Shown piece by piece: positions 51,554-63,777 of a stretch of 64,000 nucleotides of DNA (position 1 is the first letter of the stretch; each line of letters opens with the position of its first letter). The stretch spans positions 15,205,480-15,269,479 of the forward strand of contig CM121342.1 in assembly GCA_051530055.1 (NCBI GenBank), written 5' to 3'. Origin of the DNA: Neoechinorhynchus agilis. Taxonomy: Eukaryota; Animalia; Acanthocephala. Below the pieces are notes generated by a model. That model did no database searches, was not told where the DNA came from, and saw nothing but the letters and a program-made list of their open reading frames with translations. Position numbers and translations under genes: made by a program.

Positions 51554-52154
51554 CTAAAAGGATTCTTGCCAGCAAAGTTTCTTGACCCTTGGATGTAATC
51601 CTATAATTTCGCCACCGAAAATTCGCCAATCGTTGGTTCCCAAAGCGTATATAGTCAAATACGAGAAGAGAAGAGAAATAACAGATAGCAAAATGCCACA
51701 GCGGGCAAAAAACCACGAATATTTATAGGTTTGCACCGTCTTATTTCCTTCGGACAAGTACAAACCAATCCCTATAGCATTGCAGGAAACTAAATCAAAA
51801 AGAAATCAATTACTATAATGCCAAAAAATACTCACATGCGATCTGTCCGATAATGGAAGCCAACAGTAAAAGGGCAAAAGCTGTTCTTCTAGTGCACATA
51901 CTGAACACAAGACAAATCCAAAATGCAATCACATGCATCCATCCTGAGCATTGAAATAGCATTGCAGATATTTTTTGTTGACTGGAAGCATAAAATCCAC
52001 CATTAAATTGTACTTCGGACTCGTTTCTCAGGCGGAAAAATTCATTGGCGCATTCTGTTCCATGCACGAAAATTACCGTATATATGAGAATCGTGTTCAG
52101 AAAATAGACCATGACCAAACTACAGCTCATAACTTTAGGAATCGATAAATTCAT
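51554..52154 (-). CDS. Four-TM membrane protein, claudin/PMP22-EMP-like, ~184 aa, 2 exons
   Basis: Exons 52154-51836 and 51789-51554 with a 46-bp gtgagt...tttag intron that keeps the frame. Four hydrophobic segments; YKYSWFFA..GILLSVISLL resembles the Y.Y.WSF motif before TM4. No clear W-GLW motif. Confidence 0.55.
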
Positions 52155-52569
52155 TGATCGATGAGTGAATGGCTTATGCGTTTAGAGTAGTGCAGGAATA
52201 CTTCCCCGATCTCGCTTAGGCAGGGTTTTTTTGGGTCGCAAATATAAACACACAAATATCTATTCCAGGGCAATCAAACAAAAACAACAAACTTATTGTT
52301 CCTTCCACGATATAAAATCGGCGTACAAAAAAGTATTTTCGCAGAGGAAATGAGTAAACAGTCTTTTTTACAGTGACATATTTCAATGTATACAAGAACT
52401 CGAATTCGTTGAACAACAACGAATTTTAAATTACTTGACGTTTACCGATGCCGAAGAATAATCTCGTTAATCACGTCTATCTGTACTTTGTGTTCTCTTT
52501 TGATTTAAAATGCCTTTTCATCAAAAAACCAATCTATATGCCGAACGTTTCTTTATTGATCAAAAGGGT

Positions 52570-53380
52570 TTGAAATTATGATGAACGTTACGCATTAGTC
52601 TTGAACCAGTACAAGTATGAAATTCGCCATATCGCGGACGCAAATAATGTAGTAACTGATTGCATGTCAAGGTTACCCAACAAAGAGTATCAACCGCGGG
52701 ATGTGAGATCAGATGTTCAAGTTTTGGCGATTATTTAAGAAGAAAAAGTCGAAAGATGCGAGCTCAGCCAAACCAGTCTAGTGTATGAGACTCGCCGTGA
52801 TTCTCAACTATGCAGGATCTCAAAGTATCTTCGTGAAGGTTGGCCAGCAGAAATTCGAGACGAAGACAAACCATTTGTACATCGGAGTTCCGAAATATCT
52901 CAAGAATGCGGAATACTAATGTATCTGCAACGCTTGATTATTCCTAAGTCATTGCTACAATCCGTGCTGCGAGTTGCTCACGAGGGCCACCCAGGAATCG
53001 AAGGGATGAAAGCGCTCACGCACTATTATGTTTGGTGGCCAGGTTTGGACAAAGAGGTCGAACAACAGGTGAAGACATGCGTCCAGTGTCAAGTATCACG
53101 TCCCAACGTACCAATATTACCAATATTTCATTGGGATGTTCCGTACAAACCGTGGGAACGGGTACATGTAGATCTGGCGGGTCCCATAAACGAAGTAATG
53201 TTTATGATTGCGGTGGATGCGAGAACGAAGTGGCCCGAAGTCTGGTGTCTTAATCGAAATTCTACCAGCAAAAATGTAATATCGAAGCTGCGGGAATGTT
53301 TTGCGAGAATGGGATGTCCAAAATACCTGGTCACTGATAATGGTCCTCAGTTTGTGAGTGAGGAATTCTCATTATTCTGC
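52570..53380 (+). mobile_element. Ty3/Gypsy pol fragment (RNase H end, connector, integrase N-half)
   Basis: DCMSRLP; H.GHPGI..MK.L...YVWWPGLD; C..CQ; PWERVHVDLAGP; LVTDNGPQF. Truncated. Confidence 0.92.
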
Positions 53381-53939
53381 TCTCATACCACTTTTACTCA
53401 GTTTCGTCATCTCTCGGTCGATTAGTTTTCGAATTCCCATTCATCAAATTATCCGGAAAAGTTGCTCCTTTAACGTCCTCGTAAGCAATTCGGCAACAAA
53501 TAACGCTAGGGATATAAGGTTGACTCCAACACCATCAAAATCAATCAACCCCCGAATCATTTCTGTAATGATACGCCTTCTCCACCCAGGTCATCACCCC
53601 TTGTTGCTCTGAATTCGACCCATCGTATCATGCACCCTGTGGCCGCTGACGCACACCGCCGCCACCAAATCCTTCGAATCGGTCAACTCATTTTCCCCGA
53701 CATTCACTCTACTATTCCTCCTCATCAACAGTTATGCGCATTCCATCCAAAAATCCCTTTAACCCGAGACCACGTTTCCTCAAAGTAACTTTTATTTCAC
53801 CACTCGTAGCCTCCCTCTTTCTTAACAAGCGACACAGACTCCTCACTTCACATCTTTCTGTTCGTATATATCCACAAAATTTTTTTTAACCCTATAACGC
53901 TGATCCTATAAGAATTTCACCTTTAGAATATTGCAAAGA

Positions 53940-54797
53940 TTTCCTACAATCTAGCGATCATTATTTGCGATCGATTGGAAGAATTCATTAAAAAGTTTAA
54001 TCTTTTATTTTGAATTATGATCAAAATCAATCACAAAAAAACTAATTTTTCCTTCGCAACTCATCAAGTCCGGGGCATAATTTCCTTCTGCGCAATAGAA
54101 TCGATTGGGGCATCACAATCGTACTCCTCAGATGCGACAAGGCGATCGCTTCATAGTGCTTCCAGGCGGCTTCAAATTTCTTACGGTCAGGACTTAACCT
54201 TTTTAACATGGCTGACAAATGATTTCTGAAATTAAAAGCTACGTCCCATCGCAAAACTAAAGATCAAAAATCATCTCTAAACCCACGCTGGCATGGATAG
54301 CGATATAAGTTTTGAACCGTTAGACCGTGAGTTCAGTTCTAATACACTCGCATCGCATGAATTTTCGTCCTCACCCACTGCATTCATGTAAACGATGCTC
54401 CAGTCCTTTATACCGTCCAGAACATAATAAAGATTTATACTTCTAAGAATTCTTCACAATTTAAGTATAAACTTCAACTTTAAACAACAACGTCTCTATA
54501 TCCTTCCCAGAGCACATAATCGCGGACGCCAATGGCGCAAATGGAGTTCAAATTATATTGGTCCTCGTCTATCTTAAACCTAATCTCACCGAACTGCTTT
54601 ATCCGAAGTTTACTCCCACATCGGTCAAAGTTAAGAGAAGGGTCTGTAAGACTTTCTTTGAGAATGAAAAATCTCTCGACCTTTTCTGTTTTTTCTTGAA
54701 GTGTTTCCTCTATGCCTTCTATGTAGATTGGGAAGGAAGGACAGGCAAGCAGAATCATGGCCCAGAACTTAAACAAAAAAACTGACATTTTGAACAT
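53940..54797 (-). CDS. Unrecognised multi-exon gene with an N-terminal signal peptide (exon joins not fully resolved; may be disrupted)
   Basis: MFKMSVFLFKFWAMILLACPSFP hydrophobic N-terminus; upstream gtgagt...cctag 5'UTR-type intron; downstream exon frames shared with 40922-41649. Confidence 0.45.
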
Positions 54798-55254
54798 CTT
54801 TCTCTAGGATTTCAACTACTCGAGAGGTTTGACGAGTTGCAAACGTCAGTTTGAAGTACATTACTCACCTAATTCCTGTTCAAAAGTGAGTGTTTCATGC
54901 GATCTCCTGAACCGGCATGATTAGTAAACGAATAATAGAAAATAAGGTGTCGTTTATAATAAGGAATTTTATATCCGGATCTTATATTCAGATATTTTTT
55001 AGAAATGATCACAAATTCGTTACCAATGCACAAAGCGTATCACGAAGCTCCTTATTATGAGCTAGCATCCGCTTTTGTATAATGCTCGACGACTTTACAA
55101 ACTAATCTTTGGTAAATTGAGCTTTGAAATTTATTTTTAAAATGTAAAACATTATCGTAGGTGGGGTAAATTAATGTGTTTATTGACCATATTTTCCTTT
55201 GGTATTCTTTAAAGTGTAGTCAACACGCCAACCCAATTTGTCAAAGCAGTTTCG

Positions 55255-55790
55255 CGACGGTTTATCGTTCACGGATCACGGCCATATTTTCGTATTGTGG
55301 TTTTTCAAGGTCTTGCTTCGAGGCATGGTTAACACTACAAGTTGGCACCAAGCTCGCTTGCCAATTTATCTTCTTTCTATTGAAATGGATGAGAAGACGC
55401 TAAATCCTCCCGCAGAAGCAATTTCCCAGCGGCCGTTGTTGCTGCTACTTCAGAATGGTCCTAAATAACTCGTAGCCAGTTGTAGCGTTCGACAAAATCC
55501 ATATAGGTTTTTGTTTGACCATTTGACAGAGCGAACTAAAATTCTTGATCGATTACTAAGATTGAATTTTTTGAGTAAATCAAGCAATTGTAAAATTCGA
55601 AAAATAGATTTGTATTGATTTATGGTAATGTGATTGCGTATTGTAGAAATTATAAAGCGTCAGAATTTCTATTTGGTTTTAAGTCTCGTCTTGCATTGTT
55701 TTAAGGTAGTTTTGGTCCTCCGACACAACTGGTTTTTACTGAACTCATCGCGCTCGCACGCATCAAGGAATATTGGACTAGAAAAAATCA
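55255..55790 (-). pseudogene. 3' exons of the unrecognised gene family (paralog of 35951-36480), ending ...KQDLEKPQYENMAVIRER*
   Basis: Conserved frames WQASL.PTCSV...SKQDLEKP.YENMAVIR and RILQLLDLL; an internal TGA is present. Confidence 0.45.
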
Positions 55791-56187
55791 CAGCGATTTT
55801 CTCTAAATCCTTCAACAAATTAAAACTAGACTTTAAAAAAAATTGACTTTAATACCTTTGTTACAAACCAAAATATATTTCCAGAAATAATTGTTGAACA
55901 TGCACTTTTGACGTAAATCAATTGATTGAATCTGCTGAAAAGAACATTTACGAAAAATAAATCACTTTTACAACAATAAGTTGATAGAGGAAATTGAAAT
56001 TTGTAAGGTTTTAAGAGCTTAGATGAATAGCGACAAAAACTTTTTCCTTCGTGTAACAAATAAGATATTGAACGGGATTATTCTTTAAGTACTCTGAGTA
56101 ATTGCTATATGGCGAGGTACGATTTTGATCAATCCCTGCTATTATTGAAGTCCAGCCAAAAAGCCTGAAAAAATCAATGTTAAAGAT

Positions 56188-56255
56188 GGGGAAAAATTAT
56201 ATACCAAAGAATCACTTTTCAATTAAAGTGATTCATTGATATATAATTTTTCCCC
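56188..56255. other. 68-nt hairpin (31-bp stem, 6-nt loop), pre-miRNA-like
   Basis: 56188-56218 pairs with 56225-56255 at 29/31 Watson-Crick positions. Confidence 0.85.
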
Positions 56256-56949
56256 ACTTCCAAAAATCAATGTGAGTTCTATTGAAAACACAATAATAAA
56301 ATTTTTTAAACAAAGCATCAAAATGAAAATTGAAGCAAGATAATTTTAAGTTTCAGCTATTAGTTTTGTCAGCTATTCTTCAGTACTAATTTTGAAAAAT
56401 AATTCATCAAAACAAGGAAATAATGCTTCGATTTCAAGTTTGACAATATCTCAGATATTTGAACTTTTGAAAGACGCTAATCGAGGTCGAATTGACATCG
56501 TTCAATTTCGGAGCAGTAAAACTAAGACCATACTTTAGAATTGTCTTTAAAGTGCAAGAGAACGAATCAAAAATGGCGATCAAGCGAACATCAAATGCTA
56601 AGGAGAAATCACTCGCTGGAAGTTGTGACGAGTTGAGAGATAATCTCGACGAGAATTCTTGCACAATCAACCAATCTTTGACCAAACACAACCTGCGAGA
56701 ATTGTTAGCGCGATCAATTACAGCCGAAGAAATCTTAAACTGTGAGATGCTTGAGATGGTAGACGAAATGTCCCTAGACAAAGATTGCAGAAGTACAAGT
56801 TGATTCCTTGGTAAACTCAGAAGAAATTTCAAAAAGATTCTCGGTGAAGAATATTGTCCAAGAATGAAAACGACGAAGACAATGATCCATGAAGTAACGA
56901 CCGCAACTCGAAAACGAGCGAACGAAGATGAACTGATGACATCCCCTAA

Positions 56950-58758
56950 TTTCCAGATTCGAATCTTTCCGGGTTTTAACCACCGAAAAGAGATATTCAA
57001 CAATCGATAGGGAGGCGTTGGCGATCGTACATGCGATAAAGTGATTTCATAATTATTTGTACGGGAGAACATTTACGCTGGAAACAGATCACCAACCCCT
57101 CAAACACATTTTCGGGGATAAGCGTGATCTTAGTAAGATGACTAACGGCAGGTTAGTTCGTTGGGCATTACTGCTTAACGAGTACGATTATCAAAAACGC
57201 TATGTCAAAGGAAAAAGCAACTTGTGTGCGGATTGTTTGTCAAGAGTGCCAAATGGAACAGCGAAGATATGTGATAACACGGTGGACATAAAGATACTTG
57301 AAGCGGCGCAGCAACAGTACACGGAACAGTCGAATCTTTCTTGTCAAGTGATTCGACAAGCAACTCAGGAAGAGTGAGACTCTGAGGAAGATAAAAGGAT
57401 TCTTGAGGTATGCCTGGACCATGAACATCAAGGGAGTGGAAAAAGCTTTTTGGGATAGGAAAGATGAACTCTCAGAGGAGAATGGATTGGTTATGTGGCA
57501 GCACAAAATTATTGTACAAGAATGTCTACGCAGCACAGTACTCACACATTTGCATAGAGGTCACCCGGGTATAGAATCAATGAAGAGGCTAACTCGACAT
57601 TATGTGTGGTGGCCGAAGATAGGCGATGATGTTGAAAGATTTGTGGGCAGTTGCGTGCATTGCCAAAAGACAAGACCGATGGTACAAAAAGAACCAGTGA
57701 TGCCCTGGGATAGACCGAAAAGAGTTTGGAGTCGACTGCACTTGGATTTGGCAGGGCCTGTTCACAATAAAATGTACTTGATTCTGGTCGATGCCACAAG
57801 CAAATGGGCCGAGATCTGGAACGTTAATGGCAAAGCGACGACAAGCAATATAATAGTCCGGTTGAAAGATTGTTTCGCCCGTTTCGGAGTCCCAAGTAAA
57901 ATTATAACAGATAATGGTTCGCAATTCAAATCCGAGGAGTTTGGAAAGTTCTGTCAAACTAGAGGGACAAAGCATGGAACTTCGAGTCCATACCATCCAA
58001 AAACAAATGGACTTGTAGAAAGAATGGTGGGAGCATTCAAAAGAACAAAAGATGAGAATGGAAACATAGATCAAGACGAAATATGGGAGTTTTTAGAGAA
58101 TTACCGAAACACCGAGATTAATGTCACCGGAGTGTCACCAGCAACCTTAATGTTAGGAAGGCGCCTGCCCACAGTTTTCGACAATATCAGATCGGAAAAC
58201 GAGATGAGTGAATTGAACCATGGTAGCAAATCAGCCAGAAAATTACGAGAGTTTAAAGACAATCAAACGATATGGTATAGAAGACCCAAAGATGAGACAT
58301 GGGGGAAGGAATGATCACGAGACGTACCGGTCCGGTATCATATCGAATCACTAACAAGGATGGTATCGAAGAAAGAATGCATGGGGATTTCGTAAGACCA
58401 CGAGAAAATGACGGGAATGTCAAAAATGAGCCAGAAAGCGAAATGGTGGAAAACGAAACTGCAAAGGCAATAAAGGACGAACAGCAGTCTATTAACGAGG
58501 GAAACGATGAAGATAATGGCGATGTAAGAGATCACGAGAAGGACAAACCGACTGAAATAATACTGCGAAGAAGTAGTCGAATAAGACGTCCTCCCCAAAG
58601 GTTCAGATGATGGAGGGGAGAAGATGTAGTGATTTGCGCAGTGACGCAGATGCCATGATTTGCATGGTGAAGCAAATACACATGATATATATAGTGGTAG
58701 TGATAGCGTGCGAGGGTGAATATAAAAAAGTTGTTGTAACTCTGCTCATGACACTACC
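56950..58758 (+). mobile_element. Ty3/Gypsy 3' half: RNase H, integrase, PPT and short 3' LTR
   Basis: YSTIDREALAIV..., FTLETDHQPL, RWALLL.EYDY, HPGIESMK, HLDLAGP, TDNGSQF, SPYHPKTNGLVER, RR..R.RRPPQRF; PPT ggaggggagaaga at 58612-58624. Confidence 0.93.
58625..58758 (+). repeat. Putative 3' LTR (~134 bp)
   Basis: Starts TGTAGTG directly after the PPT and ends CACTAC(c), the inverse of the start with the terminal A changed. No 5' LTR is visible in the window. Confidence 0.65.
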
Positions 58759-61256
58759 TCAGATATAGCCTTCGTACAGGAAACTAAATCCCTTTTTACC
58801 CCGGATGATCTACCCATCTCCATGCATGGCCTATATGACGATTTCATCTTCTATATTACAGCGCCCTTTGCTGACAGTTCTCAAGGTCTCTTATCGGTTT
58901 TTCCCAATTTACTTCTCCTGACCTCTCATACGATATGTTTTCGTTTTCCTTTGGAGGTCGGAATTCGATTACCTGTAACATCTACATTCGCCCTCGAAAA
59001 ATACATGTACCTCAAACTAAAGAGTTATTGCGGAATCTTTTGAATTCAGCAGTAGATTTCATTTTTGGCGACTTAATTGATTCTTCCCATAGGTGGCTGA
59101 AAGCCACCATTAAGTCAACAGAATCCCACGAATTGCTTTCGCCTCAATATCCTACTTTCTCCTCTCATAATTCATCATCCTACCTGGATCTTTGTCTTTG
59201 GCGAAGAGCTACTTGGCTCAAACCATCGGTATCCGCCCAGATTGCGTTATATGATCGCACCGGACATGATCTTATCGTTTGGAACTTTGATTCCAACCAG
59301 CTGTTATGCAAAAAATCAAATTAGGCGCTTTGAATGTCCACCTTTTAACTTGGCTTTAAATTTTTTGTTCTCAGGTAACGTCAATGCCAGTCTAGGAGAG
59401 ATTAAAGACTATCTGGCAACATTTAGTGAAAAATTCCTTTCCACAGTAACAGATAGGAGACCTAAGCTTTTGTCACTGTTGTGTAGGCAGTTAATGGTTG
59501 CAAAGAATCTCGGGGACATCGTCTCAACTAAGTTCTGGGGTAGTCTTTACTGGCCCTGCAGAACCCGCGTCCAGTATAGTGTAGATAAACGAACGATAGG
59601 TTCATTCACATCTGGCTCCACTCAGTTGTGGCGTACAGTCTCCAAAAAACGTTTTAGACCCTGGCAACAAACCGCAGGTACGTGAATTAAGGAGGCAAGC
59701 CAGAGCTCTGTCGTGGAGGCTCTCTGCACTGAACACGCGGGAGGTTGCGGGAAATCTCCAGTCTTCAAGGATTTTTTACCAATAAAGCCTAGGTGTTTCG
59801 ACTTATCTCCATCCGACATTGTTCAAAATTGGAAATCCCGTGATAAAGTTTCTACGAATGGGGCTTCTGCGTATTTTAAGGCCACTATTATTGTGGATTC
59901 AAAAATCAAATCCTTTGGGGTCAGAGATAAATATGGCAAAGCGAATATTTCTCCTAAATCAAAAGCGCCCCGCTTGATGTCCATCCTATCTCCATCCAAA
60001 ACTCTATGGTATCCATTTACGAGAGAGCTCTCGCCAGTTCAATTCTTAATTTTGCTGTCGAACATGATTGCATAGATCCTAGATGCCACGGGTTATTGCC
60101 CGGAAAATCGGTTCACACCGCAGTTGGGCAGATTATTTACAATTTTAAAAACGGCAAAAATGCAATGAAAGTTTTAATAGCCTTTGACATTTCTAAGGCG
60201 TTTAATAACATCGATATCTATCTTGAAGTCGAAATTTTTCTATTTTCAAGACGATCACTCTAAAAACTTTTATTTTCCGACCAAAGGAGGCCCTCAAAGA
60301 TCTCCTTTTTCACCCATTCTTTTATGTCTAGCCACACAATTTATAGTTCAGAATTGCAGAGTTTGCAGGGGAATTACTCTATATGCTGATGATATGACCG
60401 CTGTTATAAGTGAGTCTAGCTACATCTCAGGTAGGATAAGTCTTCTATCTTTACTTAAATTTTTACACCATGTTTTACCTCAAATGGGACCAGATCTCAA
60501 TCCCAGAAAAACTAAATTTATTTTAAAGTCACACTCGACGATTTGTAAACGCAAAATCCGAGAATTCTATAGAGATTATTAAAATCTTGATGATGTTTTA
60601 GTTAATAAAAAATATACATTTTAGGATATTATTTTACAACCAATTTGAACACTAAGGCCCATCTTGGTAAATTTAAAAAGCTTTTAAAGGCAGCACAGGC
60701 TAAAGCTCGACGTCTTAATAAGCTAGCTATAAAGAATAAAGTGATCAAAACCATTTGGAATTGTTGGGCAGTATCTGGCCTGGTTTTCCATTCCAGAGGC
60801 CGTCCTCTCGAACAGCGCAAAGAATTCATTCGCACCTTTCTTATTGTTCTGAGCAAACTCCCCTATCCCTAGGCACATACAAATGACTGGGCCGAGAAAG
60901 CACATCGCTGGTGTCAAATGGACGAGTAGAGAGATAAAATAGTGTATGGATATTATTGCCGATCTTTATCCATCGTTAACACTATGGTCCTTCTCTCGGA
61001 TAAATTTTTTATTGACAGAATAGAATATTTTTGCGAGCAACAGATAAACACTTGAAACTCTAAAAATGCAGAGGGACTGATTGAGAAAAAATGTCAAATG
61101 ATCATTTAAGGGTTCCCGAACGAATATCCCCCGACCTCACCAAATCCGCATTCCATAGTTTCAATTCGATATTGTTTATCGCTCAAATAACCATCAAAAA
61201 CAATGCCATAATGAGGACCCAAAGTACATGGTTCCAATTCTTATCTAACAAACGTG
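58759..61256 (+). mobile_element. Degenerate I/Jockey-group LINE ORF2 (APE + RT) with stem-loop terminus
   Basis: DIAFVQETK, NIYIRP, GDL, YPTF, LDLCL, GHDLI (APE); DISKAF, LYADD; motif at 61213. Confidence 0.85.
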
Positions 61257-61392
61257 TCCGACATAACTGTTTTATTGTTTTTAAAGAACTCACTCTTTAC
61301 ACACACTGTGGTCATTTTTGTAGCCTTCACGGGCGCCGATCTATATGTGGCGCAACGTGCGCGGATCGATATTTGGTGCAAATCATATACAT

Positions 61393-61889
61393 CACCTTTT
61401 CTAGACACAAGGATGAGCTGGAAAAATTAGACGAGACGGTGAAAGCCTCCCTCGACAAAATTTTAAATACTCAGCTGCAGGATGAAACCTGGCGTCAAGC
61501 ATCCTTGTCGGTGTCGTCCGCCGGTTTGGGTATCCGAAAAACAGCCGATATTTCTCTGTCAGCTTGTTTGGGATCGCAAGAAGCAAGTCGGAAAATAGTT
61601 CAATGTGCTCTTGGCGAGAATTACACTTTGGACTTTGGTGTGGAGATTCATACAGCGAGCAGGTCCCCGTCAATGGTTGCAAACAATCAGTTTGGGACTC
61701 ACCCCTGGTAGCGAGAATTCATAACTCTTTAATTTCAGATTCACATGACCTAATTAACCAAACTTGATTGATGGCAGTCTCTACAAGAGAATCGGTTGCT
61801 CGACTCAATGTTATCCCGATCGCTTCCGTGGGTACCCTTCTCTACGACGAGACTGTAAGGATTGCAGTGTCCCTGAGACTTGGGGTGTC
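61393..61889 (+). mobile_element. CRE-like fragment (duplicate of 43300-43796)
   Basis: Identical ORFs 61091-61711 and 61768-61962. Confidence 0.8.
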
Positions 61890-63777
61890 CTTTAATCGTC
61901 GAATCGCGTCTGTCTCTTTGTGCGCAAAGAAGAACCTGATGTTCTCAGTAATTAAAGGTTGAATTTTATACGAATAATTCGAAATCCATCGACTGTAATA
62001 GGCGAAGAAGCCTAATAATTGCTTGAGCATTCTTGGATTCGACTTAATTGGAATCTCTTCCAAGGCTTTCAGTCGCGTTGGATCCGGACATAGGTAGCCA
62101 TTGCATATCTCGTAACCAAGTACTTGAATCTTCTCTTGACAAAAAAGACACTTTTTCATGTTCAGCTTCAATTTCCGACTCGAGACGGCCTCCTCTAATC
62201 GCCGCAAATTCCGGTCATGTTCGTCTCGTGTTCTACCATAAAACTATGACGTCATCCAAGTAAGCGTAAGTCTGTTTTAAGCCACCAGCATATATCATGT
62301 TGTCCATAAACCTTTAAAATGCCGCTACAGCATTAGTCACGCCCATAGAAATCTTGGTGAATCGACATAACCGCCCATCCGCTTCAAAAGCGGTGTAATT
62401 CCTCTCTGTCGGAAGTATGGGCACTTGATAGTATGCTTCCTTAAGATCGACACAGCTGTAGAATCTATTTTTGTCAACTTCGGTAGCTACATCGTTCAAC
62501 CGCGAAAGAGGATAAGCGTCGAGATATGTGTAACGGTTGATCGTTTGCGAAAAATCGACAACAAACCGCTTTTTACCAATTCCTTTCCTGAATACGACCA
62601 CTTGAGCACGCCACGGGGAAATAGCTGGTTCAATTGCACCTTCCTCCAGCATTCGTTTTATCTCGGATTGGATGAATAAACGATCTTCACTAGAGTATTT
62701 TCTTGATTTAGTGACGATTGAGGTGCATTCCTCAGACAGGTTGTAAATAAGAGAGGGACATAAGGCGTATCGTTTATTGCGGAAAGTGACAACTCTAAGG
62801 GGACATGCTCGCCGCGCGCTTTTAGCTTGATTTCGGAGTGCGATTTGACGAATGGCAACCCAAGAATCGCCTCAGTACATAATTGCTTTAGTATGTAAAA
62901 CTCGACGGCCTCGTAAATCCGGCAACCAAATCGTATATCGAGCGAACATTTCCTATGCACTTCCTGATACGATTTCCCAGCGGCCAATGAGACAGTCAGT
63001 TTGACGGGTTCATAGCTTACCTTGAGTTTGTTCGCAATTTCGGAGTCCAGGAAATTCAGGACACTTTCAGTGACCATCGACACTACGACAGACCGGTCCA
63101 GTATCCTGATTGTCACTTTCATGTGAGAGCTGAGACGATTATCGCACGTGTTTGAAGCAAGGAATATAGCCGATGCGTTGCTTTTCGAGCGCGTTTTACG
63201 CATTCTGGCGAAGTGTCTGATTTTACGACACGAACGACACTCGGGCCCTGTGGCGAAACATTTCGCTCTAGGATGTCTAGGCCCTCCACAAAAGAAGCAA
63301 GAATTAGTTTTGTCGCTTTTGTGATATCGTTGGTAACTGCTTATCCTCTTCGTTCCGACCATGCCACACGCACTCACTTCCGGCCCAGTATCCTCGGAAC
63401 GCCCATGAGAGTGACCATCAATATCGTTCCAATCCTTCGATCGCTCTTCGCATTGTTTTGGCAATCTCGATGGCCCTTTCTAAGTTCAGTGATCCTTCCT
63501 AGAGTAGCCTCTGACGAATTGTATCAGAAAGTATTCCAGAAATAAACGAATCTCTTATGAAGTCTGCTTTTGCTTGCTTCGCGCTGACTGCCTTGAACTT
63601 ACAATCCTTTGCGAGTGTCCACAGGCTTTGAATGTATTGGTTCAAATCTTCGTGTACAGACTGTTTCCTGCGAGCGAGCAAGTGTCGCGACAAGACCTCA
63701 TTAGAGTTTTGGATGTAGAGACTATCGAGAGTCGCCATAGCATCATCGAACGTAACAGCTTCTTCGGTTAGTTCGTT
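61890..63777 (-). mobile_element. Ty3/Gypsy gag-protease-RT fragment (duplicate of 43797-45684)
   Basis: Identical ORFs 62314-62652, 62658-63464 and 63499-63846. Confidence 0.9.

Noticed and set aside
53380-53900. C-rich stretch resembling a LINE RT C-terminus
   Set aside because: Too decayed to assign any motif confidently.
56434-57072. 212-aa minus-strand ORF
   Set aside because: Ser/Leu/Ile-rich with no motifs, overlapping Gypsy RNase H antisense; likely a shadow.
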